NCBI GenBank assembly: GCA_015523465.1
Contig: WAKF01000023.1
Span: 6,184 to 70,183, forward strand
DNA length: 64,000 bases
Direction of reading: 5' to 3'
From: Aeropyrum sp.
Lineage (GTDB): Archaea; Thermoproteota; Thermoprotei_A; Sulfolobales; Acidilobaceae
Part shown: positions 36,392 through 47,332 of the stretch, one piece after another
Position numbering within the stretch: the first letter of the stretch is position 1
Layout: each line of letters opens with the position of its first letter
Notes under the pieces: generated by a model
What the model was told of the DNA's origin: nothing
Seen by the model: the letters and a program-made list of their open reading frames with translations, nothing else
The model's database searches: none
Position numbers and translations under genes: made by a program

Positions 36392-36508
36392 TCTTCACCG
36401 CCCCATGATAGAAAGTGTATGGTAGAGCTTAAACAGAGTCACTAAGCGGTAGCTTAAGATGATCTGGAGGCCCTGGGAGGGTTTTAAGGTTGTACAAGCG
36501 TCATTACT

Positions 36509-38086
36509 ATGAGGGGCTTTCCTGTGGCGGCTCAAAATCGGGCGCTTCTCCTTGTAGGCGTTATAGCAGCTTTCATACTCATTGCCTTAGCTCTCTTCTT
36601 CTTAGGAGGCGGAAGTGAATCCGGGGAAGTTGGAACCCAAGCTGAAACCCCACCCACGCCCCAAACCACGCCTCAACCTACTGCAGGTGAAACTGTAACT
36701 GAGGCTATAACAACTACAACCGAGACTCCAGAAACACGGACAACCGTTACAACACCCGAGGAAAAAGAGATTAAGAGGGAGCCTGTAATACTGAGGGTCT
36801 TGACTAGGCACCCCGGGGAGATCCAACGGGCTACCGTTGAGGCGTTCCTTCAGAGTGAGGTGGCTAAAAAGTATAATATCGTTGATATCAAGTTCTACTC
36901 GGTCCCGCCGGTAGCCTGGATTTCAGCCATAAAGTCTCGGGGCGACTTTGACGTTGCTTGGGGTGGAGGTCCTACCCTATTTGACCAGCTATATCTGGAG
37001 GGGCTTCTAGCCCCTCTTACCTCGGAGGAAGCTCTAGACGCAGCCTCCCAAATTCCGGATAAGTTTGCCGGGGTCGCTATGAAGAGGGTTGGTGACGACG
37101 GAAAGATATACTGGGTCGCAGCCAGCATAGCTAGCTTCGGCTTCACAGTAAACCATAAGGTTCTGAAAGAGTACAATCTACCAATACCAAAGAGGTGGGC
37201 CGACTTAGCCTCGCCTCTTTACGGAAAACCCTTGGTCGAGGAGAACAGGCCTATAGTAGCTATAGCGGACCCCACGAAATCCACCAGCAACACAAGGATG
37301 TACGAAATAATCCTTCAGGCGTATGGATGGGAAGAGGGGTGGAAGGTCCTTACAGGCATGGCCGCTAACAGCCTAATAGAGCAGGGAAGTGCTGATGTTA
37401 GAGACGACGTGATAGTGGGTAAGGTAGCAGTAGGGATAACGATAGACTTCTACGGCTACACAGCTATGAGGGCTAACCCTGATACAGAATACATTATACC
37501 CGAGGGAGAGACTGTGGTAAACGGCGACCCCATAGCGCTACTAGTCACCAGCAAGAACCCAGACGCTGCTCAGGCTTTCATCGCGTGGGTGTTAACTGAG
37601 GGACAGAAGATATGGTTTAGGGAGGATGTTAACAGGCTGCCTGCAAACCCCAACGCATTCAACCTCCCCGAGGGTAGGGAGAGACAGGATCTTAAGGCCG
37701 TATGGGAGTCTCTACGAAACGCTAAGACACTAGACTTCGACGACAACCTCGCACTTCAGGTCGAAGTGGCAATGCAGCTATACTTCAACGCTACCCTCGT
37801 GCAACTAGATAACCTCCTTAAGGAAGTGTGGAAAGCTCTCGTCTCAAAGTACCTTTCAGGGGAGATTAGCGATGACGAGTTTAAGGCCTATTTGAGCAGG
37901 CTGGGAGAGCCCTTGGAATACGTAGACCCCGTAACTGGAGAGAAGGTTAAGTTTACTATGGAAGATGCTAAGAGGGTTACTGAGGTGTTGAGAGAGAACC
38001 CAAGGTTAAGAGACGCTTATATAGCTGCTTGGAGGAAAGCTGCAGTCGAGAAGTATGAATCGCTCTTAGCAGAGCTAGGTGGCTAG
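36509..38086 (+). CDS. ABC transporter substrate-binding protein (Fe3+/thiamine-type)
   Basis: N-terminal TM anchor, Thr-rich linker, DVAWGGG, ADPTKSTS, IDFYG, GDPIAL. Confidence 0.88.
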   Translation: MRGFPVAAQNRALLLVGVIAAFILIALALFFLGGGSESGEVGTQAETPPTPQTTPQPTAGETVTEAITTTTETPETRTTVTTPEEKEIKREPVILRVLTRHPGEIQRATVEAFLQSEVAKKYNIVDIKFYSVPPVAWISAIKSRGDFDVAWGGGPTLFDQLYLEGLLAPLTSEEALDAASQIPDKFAGVAMKRVGDDGKIYWVAASIASFGFTVNHKVLKEYNLPIPKRWADLASPLYGKPLVEENRPIVAIADPTKSTSNTRMYEIILQAYGWEEGWKVLTGMAANSLIEQGSADVRDDVIVGKVAVGITIDFYGYTAMRANPDTEYIIPEGETVVNGDPIALLVTSKNPDAAQAFIAWVLTEGQKIWFREDVNRLPANPNAFNLPEGRERQDLKAVWESLRNAKTLDFDDNLALQVEVAMQLYFNATLVQLDNLLKEVWKALVSKYLSGEISDDEFKAYLSRLGEPLEYVDPVTGEKVKFTMEDAKRVTEVLRENPRLRDAYIAAWRKAAVEKYESLLAELGG

Positions 38087-39881
38087 AAAAGTGTCTCGAA
38101 ACTCTCTGGCTAGGATAGAGGTTTTTGAAACCTCGGTTAAAGCGCTACCACTAGTATTCTTCACAACTCTTCTGATCCTGCCATTAGCGTCTCTCCTCTA
38201 TGCTCCCTTCACAGTTACTCTAGAACGAGGCGTTGACGTGTTAGAAGGACTCTCATCCTACCCGTTTATTAATAGAAGGCCTCTAGGCGAGTTTATAGTA
38301 TACTCCACAGGCGAGCCACCCAAGCTTATATTATCTTTTAAGGACTATGGAGTCATACCTAACACTATCATAGCAGCCCTGATAGTAACGGCTCTAGCAA
38401 CCATCATAGGAACAGCAGTTGCATTAATCCTAGCCCGCTATACTTTCCCTGGAAGAGATGCTATGAGGATAGCCTCTATGATACCCCTACTATACACTCC
38501 CTTCGTAAACGCATTCGTAGCCTACAAGCTCTTCGGCCAAGGCGGCATACTAGCTGAAGTCACGGGCGAGGTCCTAGGCGTTTCTATCTCGATGCAAGGA
38601 CTTGCAGGGATGATCATGGCCCAGGTCTTCATGTTTTGGCCTATAGTCTACATCAACGCCTTCGCCAGCATGATCCAGATAGACCCCTCTGTAGAGGAGC
38701 AAGCAGAGAATCTAGGGGCGCGAGGATGGACCCTCTACAAGACTGTTACAATACCCCTAGCTCTCCCCGGAATAGCCTCTGGAGCGGCTCTCGTATTCAT
38801 ATTTAGCATGGAGGACCTAGCCGCCCCACTAGCCTTCGACGTTGACAACGTAGTTTCAATATGGATTGTGAGGGAGATACTAGCCGCCACTGACATTTCA
38901 CAGGTTAGCACAGAGACCCTAATACTAGCTCTCATGCTAGCCGTCTCTGCTTCAGCATGGTTTATAGCAGTAAGAAGGTATATTAGCCTAAGACAGTATG
39001 CCACAGCAGAAAAGGGAGGATGGAAGGGTAGGAGGCTTAGAAGGCCGAGCCCGCTACTCCTCGTAATAATATACCTCCTAATACTACCTTGGATTATCGT
39101 CAGCGCTTCACACCAGATAGGAGTCCTTGTATACGCCTTCAGCGAGGATTGGAGTGGCCTACTACCCCGAGGCTTCACTCTGAGTAACTTTTCTGAGGTG
39201 CTCTCCGACGAGAGGGTTGTAAGATCTTTCAGAAACAGCTTTCTCTACGCCTCGACGGCGTCCCTCATAATAGCTTTGATCGCTGTTACCTCGGCCTACG
39301 CTGTGGAGAGGATTGGGGGGAGGTTGTCAACAGTTATAGACGTACTAGCTACTATACCATTAGCCATGCCGGGCTTAGCGGTCGCACTGGGAATACTGGC
39401 ACTCTTCGGCTTCACAGTGGCAAAAGGCACACCCTTAGACCCCTTCACAAACCCGGGGCTCTACCTAGTTCTAGCGTACGCCGTGAGGAAAAGCCCCTTC
39501 ACTACTAGGGCTGCCTTTGCAGGGCTCAAGCACGTCCATAAGAGCCTCGAGGAAGCAGCGATGAGCTTAGGAGCTAGAAGGCCTAAAGTCGTAAAGGACA
39601 TCACACTCCCGCTAATAGCCATAAACGTTGCTGGAGGATTGCTTATAAGCTTCGTCTACAGCGTGACAGAGGTGAGCACTAGTATAACCTTAGGCGGTCT
39701 TAACGAGGATCAGAGCCCTGTCACCTACATAGTCTACGACTACCTGACTGGAGGTTACGGTGGAGGCATGTTCATTCACTTGGCAGCAGCAATAGTCGCG
39801 ATGCTTATGGCGTTGCAGGTGGCTGCAATCACATTTGTAAACTTAGCCTTGAAACAACGGTATGCATTCATAGGAGTGTGA
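38079..39881 (+). CDS. ABC transporter permease (fused, AfuB/ThiP-type)
   Basis: Two EAA loops (VEEQAENLGA, LEEAAMSLGA); about 12 TM helices. Confidence 0.9.
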   Translation: MARKVSRNSLARIEVFETSVKALPLVFFTTLLILPLASLLYAPFTVTLERGVDVLEGLSSYPFINRRPLGEFIVYSTGEPPKLILSFKDYGVIPNTIIAALIVTALATIIGTAVALILARYTFPGRDAMRIASMIPLLYTPFVNAFVAYKLFGQGGILAEVTGEVLGVSISMQGLAGMIMAQVFMFWPIVYINAFASMIQIDPSVEEQAENLGARGWTLYKTVTIPLALPGIASGAALVFIFSMEDLAAPLAFDVDNVVSIWIVREILAATDISQVSTETLILALMLAVSASAWFIAVRRYISLRQYATAEKGGWKGRRLRRPSPLLLVIIYLLILPWIIVSASHQIGVLVYAFSEDWSGLLPRGFTLSNFSEVLSDERVVRSFRNSFLYASTASLIIALIAVTSAYAVERIGGRLSTVIDVLATIPLAMPGLAVALGILALFGFTVAKGTPLDPFTNPGLYLVLAYAVRKSPFTTRAAFAGLKHVHKSLEEAAMSLGARRPKVVKDITLPLIAINVAGGLLISFVYSVTEVSTSITLGGLNEDQSPVTYIVYDYLTGGYGGGMFIHLAAAIVAMLMALQVAAITFVNLALKQRYAFIGV

Positions 39882-39891
39882 GGGTAGGACC

Positions 39892-40959
39892 TTGACCAAG
39901 GTGGCTTTAGACAACGTTGTCAAACGCTTTGGAAGGTTCACAGCTCTAGACCATGTAAGCTTTACCGTAGAGAGCGGCGAGATCTTCACGCTACTAGGTC
40001 CTAGTGGCTGCGGAAAAACAACAACGCTAAGAGTCATCGCTGGCTTCGAAAATCCAGACGAGGGTAAAGTCTACTTCGATGGCGAAGACGTGACGCCGCT
40101 GAAGCCGTATGAGAGGGGTACTGCTATGGTGTTCCAAAACTACGCTTTATGGCCCCACATGAAGGTTTACGATAACGTGGCTTACGGACTCAAGATAAGA
40201 AAGCTCTCGCCCGAAGAGATTAGAAGGAGGGTCAAATGGGCCCTAGAGCTGGTGGGGCTCTCAGGGCTCGAAGATAGGTATCCCCACCAACTCAGCGGAG
40301 GGCAACAACAGAGGGTAGCCCTTGCCAGAGCCCTTGTAGTAGAGCCTCGAGTACTACTTTTAGATGAGCCCTTAAGCAACTTAGACGCCCACCTAAGGCT
40401 TAGAATGAGGGAAGAGCTGGTTAGCCTTCAGAAGAGGCTTGGCATAACCACTATATACGTAACCCACGACCAAGAAGAGGCTCTTAGCATTAGCGATCGG
40501 ATAGCCGTAATGAATAAGGGTAAGATAGAGCAAGTAGGCACGCCCGAAGAAATCTATAATAAGCCTACGACTCTGTTCACTGCCACCTTTATAGGTAGGG
40601 TTACTGTGATCGAGGGCGTTATAACCAAGGTCATAGATAACGCGCTCGTAGAGCTAAAAGGCGGAGATGTAATCCTGAGGGGCTTCATAGCATCTGGCAC
40701 CCCGAGGCCGGGAGCTAGAGCTAAAGCTGTGGTAAAGATGGAGAACATACATTACCCTCCGGAACCTGGCGAGGCTAATAGAATCACTGGTAGGGTCGTA
40801 GTATCAATGTATCTTGGATGGAGAGTTCATGTAACTGTTGAGACTAGAGAAGGGGTTAGGGCCTCAGCCCTAGTTTCTCCCAGGAACGCCCCGAAACGGG
40901 GCGACATAATAGAGCTATCTATAAGTCCCGAAGACACCCTCATATTCGTTGCCGACTAG
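39892..40959 (+). CDS. ABC transporter ATP-binding protein
   Basis: GPSGCGKTT, LSGGQQQR, LLDEPLSNLD, VTHDQEEA; C-terminal TOBE domain. Confidence 0.93.
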   Translation: MTKVALDNVVKRFGRFTALDHVSFTVESGEIFTLLGPSGCGKTTTLRVIAGFENPDEGKVYFDGEDVTPLKPYERGTAMVFQNYALWPHMKVYDNVAYGLKIRKLSPEEIRRRVKWALELVGLSGLEDRYPHQLSGGQQQRVALARALVVEPRVLLLDEPLSNLDAHLRLRMREELVSLQKRLGITTIYVTHDQEEALSISDRIAVMNKGKIEQVGTPEEIYNKPTTLFTATFIGRVTVIEGVITKVIDNALVELKGGDVILRGFIASGTPRPGARAKAVVKMENIHYPPEPGEANRITGRVVVSMYLGWRVHVTVETREGVRASALVSPRNAPKRGDIIELSISPEDTLIFVAD

Positions 40960-41426
40960 ACTTTCAGCTCTGCATCAAGCCTATCCCATAGTATATTGAC
41001 TACGGCTGGAGCTAGCCACCGAGGGGTAGGCACCACTAGCTTACCTAAACAATCACCCACTCCACCCGCATCATCGTAGAATGCTACTCTAGTCAAGCCT
41101 GCAGATTCAAACCCTTCCGCTACACGGACTCCCGTGGAAACACATAAACCCTTCAAGGAGAGCCTAATCTCCTCCTCTACCCATGCCCCGAGCCTTGCGC
41201 CCCGCAACACTGCTTTAACCCAACCCTCTAGAGCATCAGCATCAGGCCATAGCCTCCTTACCCTAGACCCTAGCGCTACTAGCCAAACCCCTTCCCATTC
41301 CAGGTAGACTGCCGCTAGGGCTTCCCGCCTCACCCCATGTGATACTAGAAGTGACGATGACACTATCCGCCCAGCTTCCAAGGGGTTAGATGCTGAGGCT
41401 ATATGAACCCTACCTGCCAAAGGCAT
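40956..41426 (-). CDS. Divergent TrmY-like SPOUT protein
   Basis: RIVSSSLLVSHGVRRE and GSRVRRLWPD match TrmY SH-x-RR and G-x5-PD motifs; SAM-binding GDHIG loop not visible. Confidence 0.6.
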   Translation of the reverse strand: MPLAGRVHIASASNPLEAGRIVSSSLLVSHGVRREALAAVYLEWEGVWLVALGSRVRRLWPDADALEGWVKAVLRGARLGAWVEEEIRLSLKGLCVSTGVRVAEGFESAGLTRVAFYDDAGGVGDCLGKLVVPTPRWLAPAVVNILWDRLDAELKV

Positions 41427-42744
41427 CCATGCCCAGCCTCTTAAGAAGCCTTCTATCCCTCCGCAACCTCTTAACCATCGCCTTAAGCCCCTTATAATAA
41501 GCTAGTAGCTCCCTTACATCCTCCACACTAGTACCGCTTCCAAGGGCGATCCTCCTCATACGCCTCCTATCAATGATCTCTGGGTTCTCAAGTTCCTCGT
41601 AAGTCATACTCTCTATTATAGCCAGCCACTTCCTAACCTTCTCCTCGCCCAAGCTAACAGCCTCTTCGCTAACCCTAGGCATCAGCGAGAATCCGGGGAT
41701 CATCTGTAGGACCTTGCTTAGCGGTCCTAGCCTCCTAACGGCCTTAAGCTGTCTGTAAACAATCCTCATGTCAACCTTACCCTTGAGCAGTTCCTCGGCA
41801 GCCTCCTCCAGCTCCTCCGCCACCATAGCAGTCTTAACTCTTTCAAGGAGCCCCTCAATGTCTCCCATGCCTAGTATGCGTGCAACGAACCTCTTAGGGC
41901 TGAAAGGCTCTAGCTCCTCCAACTTCTCTCCAGTTCCAATAAACTTTATCCTCGCCCCTGTAGCTGCTGCAGCGCTAAGAGCCCCACCGCCCCTAGCAGT
42001 ACCATCCATCTTAGATATTATGATTGACGAGAGAGGCGTGGCCTTGTGGAATTTCTCTGCGAGAGGCCCTGCCCGTTGCCCCATAGAAGCGTCTATTACC
42101 ATGACTACCTCGTCCGGCTTCACCTTCTCAGCCATAGCCTTCATCTCATCCAACAGCCTCTCCTCCTCACCCATTCCATGCCTCCCCGCAGTATCTATTA
42201 TCACTATCTCGGCTCCCCGGGAGACGAGTTCCTTAACCCCAACTACAGCTATCTTAACGGGATCACCCTCCTTGCCACCGTAGAACATGGCTCCGGCGAG
42301 CTCAGCTAGTCTCTTAAGCTGCTCGTAAGCTCCCGGCCTGTAGGTGTCTGTGGATATAAGCCCCACTTTAAAGCCCCTCCTAGCGTAGTAGAGCGCCAGC
42401 TTGCCCGCAGTAGTAGTCTTTCCCGAGCCTTGGACTCCCACAAGCATTATTATCCAGGGCGTCTTTCTGGGTAGGACCTCCGGCTCCCTGTCACCGCCGA
42501 ATAGCTTTGTTAGTTCCTCGTAGACTATCTTAACTAGCCATTCTCTCCTTGATACTCCCGGCGGAGGCTTCTCCTTTAAACCTCTCTCCTTGACCCTCCT
42601 ACTAACCTCGAGTACTAGCCTCACGTTGACGTCGGCTTTGAGAAGCTCTCTCTGAAGTTCTCTAACGAATTCATCTACGGCTTTCTCGTAGACTCCACCG
42701 CCGTGTAAAAGCTTTGACACAGCCCTTCTAACGCCTTCAAGCAA
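41410..42744 (-). CDS. srp54: Signal recognition particle protein SRP54
   Basis: GVQGSGKTTT, DTYRPGA, DTAGRH, SKMDGTARGGG, LGMGD, Met-rich M domain, RIALGSG. Confidence 0.97.
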   Translation of the reverse strand: MLEGVRRAVSKLLHGGGVYEKAVDEFVRELQRELLKADVNVRLVLEVSRRVKERGLKEKPPPGVSRREWLVKIVYEELTKLFGGDREPEVLPRKTPWIIMLVGVQGSGKTTTAGKLALYYARRGFKVGLISTDTYRPGAYEQLKRLAELAGAMFYGGKEGDPVKIAVVGVKELVSRGAEIVIIDTAGRHGMGEEERLLDEMKAMAEKVKPDEVVMVIDASMGQRAGPLAEKFHKATPLSSIIISKMDGTARGGGALSAAAATGARIKFIGTGEKLEELEPFSPKRFVARILGMGDIEGLLERVKTAMVAEELEEAAEELLKGKVDMRIVYRQLKAVRRLGPLSKVLQMIPGFSLMPRVSEEAVSLGEEKVRKWLAIIESMTYEELENPEIIDRRRMRRIALGSGTSVEDVRELLAYYKGLKAMVKRLRRDRRLLKRLGMDAFGR

Positions 42745-42790
42745 ATCGTATACCCCCGCTTATAGTGTAGGACCTCTATGCCTAAACCGT

Positions 42791-44500
42791 TTATCTCCAC
42801 CCTGAAGACGCTATCTTCCTTCTAGCGTAGAGGGCTCCCAACAAGAATAGTATCAACACGACTTCTACAGGGTAGAACGTCATGCCGCTTTCAAAGCCCT
42901 CAGCTTCCGCCCTAGACGCGACAGTAGCCAGGGTGAGCCTCACGGGAACTATTAAAGCTGCTAGGGCTGCCAAATAAGCTATGGAAAGGCCTACCACCGT
43001 AACTCTGTCTTTAGCGCCAGTCACCCCAGCTAGTAGCGCTGGCGCAGCTAGGGCTCCCAGCGTTATGAGGTAGTGCGAAGGCACGCCTATAGTAGCATAC
43101 ATCGTCACACCATACCTCTCTGCAGCCTCGAGTAAAGAGAGGGAGAAACGTCCTTCCCACGCAGCTACCGGGAGCAAAGATACCACTACTGCAAATGCTA
43201 TAGAGAATGCGGGGGGCAACCAGGGTTTCGATACATAACCTGCTAAAGCAGCCAGGATAGCTGCTCCAAGCCATATTACGATGAGGACCAGGCTTAACAA
43301 GATGCTCGTCATCCTAAACTCTGTAGTTACAGGGGGCTCACCGCTATTCTCAATAACCTCCACAGGCGTCACGAAAACCCAAGGTATCGCGCCAGCGGAT
43401 AAAGGAGCAGTTAGATATGATAGCCCTTTAGTAGCCGGTCTCCAATAATACGATTCGCCTCCTTCTCCACTGGGAACCCTGCCTGAGACCACGTCGGCCA
43501 CAAGCTCAGGTAGCCATGTAGGGCTTAGGTAGTGGTCACCATTTGGCACTATAGTGAACCCGTATCTTGCACCTTGAGCCTTTAGAATCTCGGAAGTGAC
43601 TAAGAGCGCTTCTAGGGGGAAGTACTCGTCGTGGCTGGGCATCACTATCCATACGACCTTGCCTTTGACCTCACCAAACCTCAAGTAGTTTAATGGGTCT
43701 AGAGACGCTATAGCGTCTAGCGTTTGAGCGTCGTCAAGACCTTTCTGCGGGTCGCCCAGGAAGTTAGCTAGACCTCCAGAAGCTATCATACACGTTATGC
43801 AGCCGGTAGCATAGATAGACACAGCCCTCCCTACCTGGGGGTGAAGGGAAGCTACTACTAAGGCCGTCATGCCTCCTAAAGATACCCCCACGACACTAAT
43901 ATTATCAGCGCCAAGCGCCCTTAGAGCCTCGACAGACCTAAGACCGCTGAGGTACACATAGTATAAGAAGAAGCCCTCAGGGCTTGAAAACGACTTAGCT
44001 AGATCCTTCCAGCTCTCGCCACCCGGTATACATGAATCTCCGTGACCCGCAAGATCTGGAATTGCCACGTTAAGTCCCATCCCCACCAGCGTAGCTGTCA
44101 CCTTACCTCCTTCACCCTTAACCCAGAAACTGCCATCACCGCCAAGCCCGTGAAATAGTAAGACCCACCCGCCGCCACCTACCTCCATGACATCAATGTA
44201 AATCCTGCAGGCGGGATCATCTGGTGTCAAAGAGAAACTATACCTATTAGCCTCTACGATTCTCCCGGCAATGCTAACTTGGTAAACGCTTTCAAGCCTC
44301 AGATTAAGGTCGCCAGAATACCCTGGAAATGATGCTGGCTCCATAGGAGGTGTCTCGGGGTAGGCTTGAACCGCAGGGGAGAGTATAACCATGACCTGGA
44401 GCGCGGCTAGCATAGCAAAGAACGTAGAAAGTGCTCTATAAAGTCTGGGGCTCAACTTAATCGATACCATTATAAGTCCTTCACCTCCAGGAGCTCTCAC
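42791..44500 (-). CDS. Secreted, membrane-anchored alpha/beta hydrolase
   Basis: Signal peptide, LLFHGLGG, DLAGHG, nucleophile elbow GVSLGG, HDEYF, GDHY, then about 5 C-terminal TM helices. Confidence 0.8.
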   Translation of the reverse strand: MRAPGGEGLIMVSIKLSPRLYRALSTFFAMLAALQVMVILSPAVQAYPETPPMEPASFPGYSGDLNLRLESVYQVSIAGRIVEANRYSFSLTPDDPACRIYIDVMEVGGGGWVLLFHGLGGDGSFWVKGEGGKVTATLVGMGLNVAIPDLAGHGDSCIPGGESWKDLAKSFSSPEGFFLYYVYLSGLRSVEALRALGADNISVVGVSLGGMTALVVASLHPQVGRAVSIYATGCITCMIASGGLANFLGDPQKGLDDAQTLDAIASLDPLNYLRFGEVKGKVVWIVMPSHDEYFPLEALLVTSEILKAQGARYGFTIVPNGDHYLSPTWLPELVADVVSGRVPSGEGGESYYWRPATKGLSYLTAPLSAGAIPWVFVTPVEVIENSGEPPVTTEFRMTSILLSLVLIVIWLGAAILAALAGYVSKPWLPPAFSIAFAVVVSLLPVAAWEGRFSLSLLEAAERYGVTMYATIGVPSHYLITLGALAAPALLAGVTGAKDRVTVVGLSIAYLAALAALIVPVRLTLATVASRAEAEGFESGMTFYPVEVVLILFLLGALYARRKIASSGWR

Positions 44501-44619
44501 CCATTAAGCTCCCATGCACAATCCATTAACGCCTGTTCTAGCCTATTTCAACTTTGCCTCGGCAATTGTAATAGCTCTCCCATTTAAGCTTGAATTGCAC
44601 AATGCAAGGAATGCCATGA

Positions 44620-45147
44620 GTGCCTTTCAAGTTGAGTTATATCCCTTGGCTCCCCAAGCTTACGGATTCGGGGTTTAGTATAATGTCTGGGGAGCAGACA
44701 TTTAAGTATATAGTTAGGATCGCGGGCGTGGATATTAAAGGAGATCTTAAGCTGCCTCACGGCCTGGCAATGATTAAAGGTATAGGCTATAATACTGCAA
44801 TAGCCGTCATAAGAAGCTTAGGATTAGACCCCGATATGAAGGTGGGGTATTTAAGTGAAGAGCAAATTAAGCGGCTAGACGAAATACTTAGAGATATAAC
44901 TAAGCTAGGCCTTCCTTCATGGCTATATAATAGGAGGAAGGATTATGAAACGGGAAAGGATATGCATGTCGTGGGGAACGAGTTAATATACTATGCTAGG
45001 AGGGATATTGAAAGGGAGATTAAGATAGGATCCTGGAGGGGCTTAAGGCACAAGCTAGGTTATAAGGTGAGAGGGCAAAGGACAAGAACGACGGGAAGGC
45101 TGGGCATGACTATAGGAGTAACAAAGAAGAAGAGGGCTGGAAAGTAG
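44620..45147 (+). CDS. rps13: 30S ribosomal protein S13 (uS13); likely start ATG 44683
   Basis: VRIAGVDI, IKGIG, NRRKD, GSWRGLRH, VRGQRTRTTGR. Confidence 0.96.
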   Translation: MPFKLSYIPWLPKLTDSGFSIMSGEQTFKYIVRIAGVDIKGDLKLPHGLAMIKGIGYNTAIAVIRSLGLDPDMKVGYLSEEQIKRLDEILRDITKLGLPSWLYNRRKDYETGKDMHVVGNELIYYARRDIEREIKIGSWRGLRHKLGYKVRGQRTRTTGRLGMTIGVTKKKRAGK

Positions 45148-45170
45148 CGCTACTGCGGGGGTAGTGGCTT

Positions 45171-45689
45171 ATGGGAGATCCTAAGAAGCCTAGGAAGAAG
45201 TGGGAGGGTCCTAAGCACCCTTGGATTAAGGAGAGGCTTGAACGTGAGAGAGAGATCCTAGGTAGGTATGGGCTCAGGAATAAGAAGGAGCTTTGGAAGG
45301 CGGAGACTCTAGCTAGAAGGCTCAGGCATAGGGCTAGAGCCCTTCTAGGCCTACCCCCAGAGGCTAGGAGGGAGGCTGCTAAGGTACTAGTCGAGAAACT
45401 CTATAAGATGGGTATAATAGATAATCCTAACGTCGATGTGGACGCTATTCTAGGCATAACTGCTGAAGACATATTAGAGAGGAGGCTCCAGACCATAGTC
45501 TATAGGAAGGGCCTAGCCCGCACCATATACCAGGCTAGACAGCTCATAGCTCATGGTCACATAGCCATTGGAGGTAGGAGGGTTACCAGCCCAGGTTACC
45601 TCGTATCCAGGGAAGAAGAGAACCTTGTAGATTATGCCCCTGGAAGCCCATTTAAGGAGCGGGCTCAGAAGGAAGAGGCTAGCGGGTAG
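45171..45689 (+). CDS. rps4: 30S ribosomal protein S4 (uS4)
   Basis: [42 protein letters not shown]. Confidence 0.97.
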   Translation: MGDPKKPRKKWEGPKHPWIKERLEREREILGRYGLRNKKELWKAETLARRLRHRARALLGLPPEARREAAKVLVEKLYKMGIIDNPNVDVDAILGITAEDILERRLQTIVYRKGLARTIYQARQLIAHGHIAIGGRRVTSPGYLVSREEENLVDYAPGSPFKERAQKEEASG

Positions 45690-45703
45690 GGGGGTGAGGT
45701 GGT

Positions 45704-46105
45704 ATGGCTTTCCAGGTTAGGGAGCTTAAGTGGGGCGTTGCACATATTTATAGTAGCTTTAACAATACCCACGTTCACATAACCGATTTGACGGGTGCTG
45801 AGACTGTAGCTAGGGTTACTGGGGGCATGGTTGTCAAGGCTGATAGGGAGAAGCCAAGTCCCTATGCGGCAATGATAGCTGCTAGTAGGGCGGCGCAGAA
45901 GGCTATGGAGAGGGGTATAGCGGCTATACACATTAAAGTTAGAGCCCCTGGGGGTCACGGGCCTAAGACGCCAGGACCTGGGGCTCAGGCTGCAATAAGG
46001 GCTTTAGCTAGGGCCGGCTTCATTATAGGTAGGATTGAGGATGTAACCCCCATACCGCACGATACCACTAGGAGGCCGGGAGGTAGGAGAGGTAGGAGGG
46101 TCTGA
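45704..46105 (+). CDS. rps11: 30S ribosomal protein S11 (uS11)
   Basis: [34 protein letters not shown]. Confidence 0.98.
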   Translation: MAFQVRELKWGVAHIYSSFNNTHVHITDLTGAETVARVTGGMVVKADREKPSPYAAMIAASRAAQKAMERGIAAIHIKVRAPGGHGPKTPGPGAQAAIRALARAGFIIGRIEDVTPIPHDTTRRPGGRRGRRV

Positions 46106-46111
46106 AGCCCG

Positions 46112-46957
46112 TTGGGAAGGACCCTAGAGGTAGCGGAGATCAACGAAAAAAGGATAGTATTGAGGACCGGTGGGTTTAGCGTAGCCTTCATAAATGCTCT
46201 TAGAAGACTTGCTCTTAGCGACGTCCCCACTATGGCTGTAGACTTCGTTTATATATATGATAATACTTCTCCCGTCTATGATGAAATGGTAGCTCACAGG
46301 CTCGGCCTCCTAGTCTTAAAGAGCGATGAGGTCCTCGGTAAATACCGTCCTCCAGAGGACTGTGCCGGGAAGGAGCCAAGCGAGGTTGAGGGCTGTTATA
46401 CTACTATTAGGCTGGAAGCGTCTACAGGTGAAAGGGAAAGCCGTTACGTTACTGCAAAGGAGCTCGACATCGAGGACCCGGACTTGGAACCCGCTTACCC
46501 GGAAACCCCTATATTATATCTTGGTCCTAGCCAGAACATATCACTAATAGCATATGCTAGGTTAGGGAGGGGTAGGGAACATTCCAAGTGGAGCCCAGCA
46601 TCCATTTCGGCACTAAGATATACTCCCATCGTAGAGTACGACTCCTCCAAGGCCTCTGAAGAGTGCCTTAAATGCCTAGAGCACTATCCACAGGTGAGGG
46701 AAGCGTTATCTCGTGGAGGTAAAGGTGCACTCGTTCTTGAAGGGGTGAAGAGGACCTCGGCTCTAAAGTATTGCGCTGAGACCGCCTGTGAAGGAGCCTT
46801 AATTGTTAGATACGATAGTAATCGCCTAGAACTAGAGGTCGAAAGCACTGGAGCCCTAAAGCCCGAAAGGATAATCCTCGAGGCCTCGAGGATCCTGGAT
46901 GAGAAAGTTAAGAGGTTCGCTGAGGCAGTGTCAAGTGCGGGTGTGGAGGAGGTATGA
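46112..46957 (+). CDS. rpoD: RNA polymerase subunit D (Rpo3)
   Basis: [36 protein letters not shown]. Confidence 0.95.
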   Translation: MGRTLEVAEINEKRIVLRTGGFSVAFINALRRLALSDVPTMAVDFVYIYDNTSPVYDEMVAHRLGLLVLKSDEVLGKYRPPEDCAGKEPSEVEGCYTTIRLEASTGERESRYVTAKELDIEDPDLEPAYPETPILYLGPSQNISLIAYARLGRGREHSKWSPASISALRYTPIVEYDSSKASEECLKCLEHYPQVREALSRGGKGALVLEGVKRTSALKYCAETACEGALIVRYDSNRLELEVESTGALKPERIILEASRILDEKVKRFAEAVSSAGVEEV

Positions 46958-47316
46958 GGAGGACTGGGCCTACTAACACACTGTTAAGAACGCTTATATC
47001 TCAGTTAAGGAAGGCCTCCAGGACATACAAGGCGCCTGTTTGGAGGGCGGTAGCTGAATTGCTCGAAAGGCCTCGTAGGAGGAGGGTTGAGGTTAACCTG
47101 AGCAAAATTAATAGGTACGCTCGCGAGGGGGAGATGATAATAGTTCCGGGTAAGGTCCTGGGCGCTGGGAAGCTCGATAAGAAAGTTACTATAGCCGCCT
47201 ATTCGTTTAGTCGTAGCGCCATCGAGAAGATAAAGCTTTCCGGCTCGAGGGCCATGACGATACTAGACGCTCTGAGAGAAAACCCCCGGGGGAGGAAGAC
47301 TAGGATAATAGCTTAG
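46954..47316 (+). CDS. rpl18e: 50S ribosomal protein L18e
   Basis: [39 protein letters not shown]. Confidence 0.96.
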   Translation: MRRTGPTNTLLRTLISQLRKASRTYKAPVWRAVAELLERPRRRRVEVNLSKINRYAREGEMIIVPGKVLGAGKLDKKVTIAAYSFSRSAIEKIKLSGSRAMTILDALRENPRGRKTRIIA

Positions 47317-47332
47317 GGGGAGGTGCTCTAAG

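Noticed and set aside
26760-36760. Thr-rich repetitive coding segments (surface protein stalk, ABC binding-protein linker)
   Set aside because: These are ordinary crenarchaeal glycosylated linkers, not DNA repeats.
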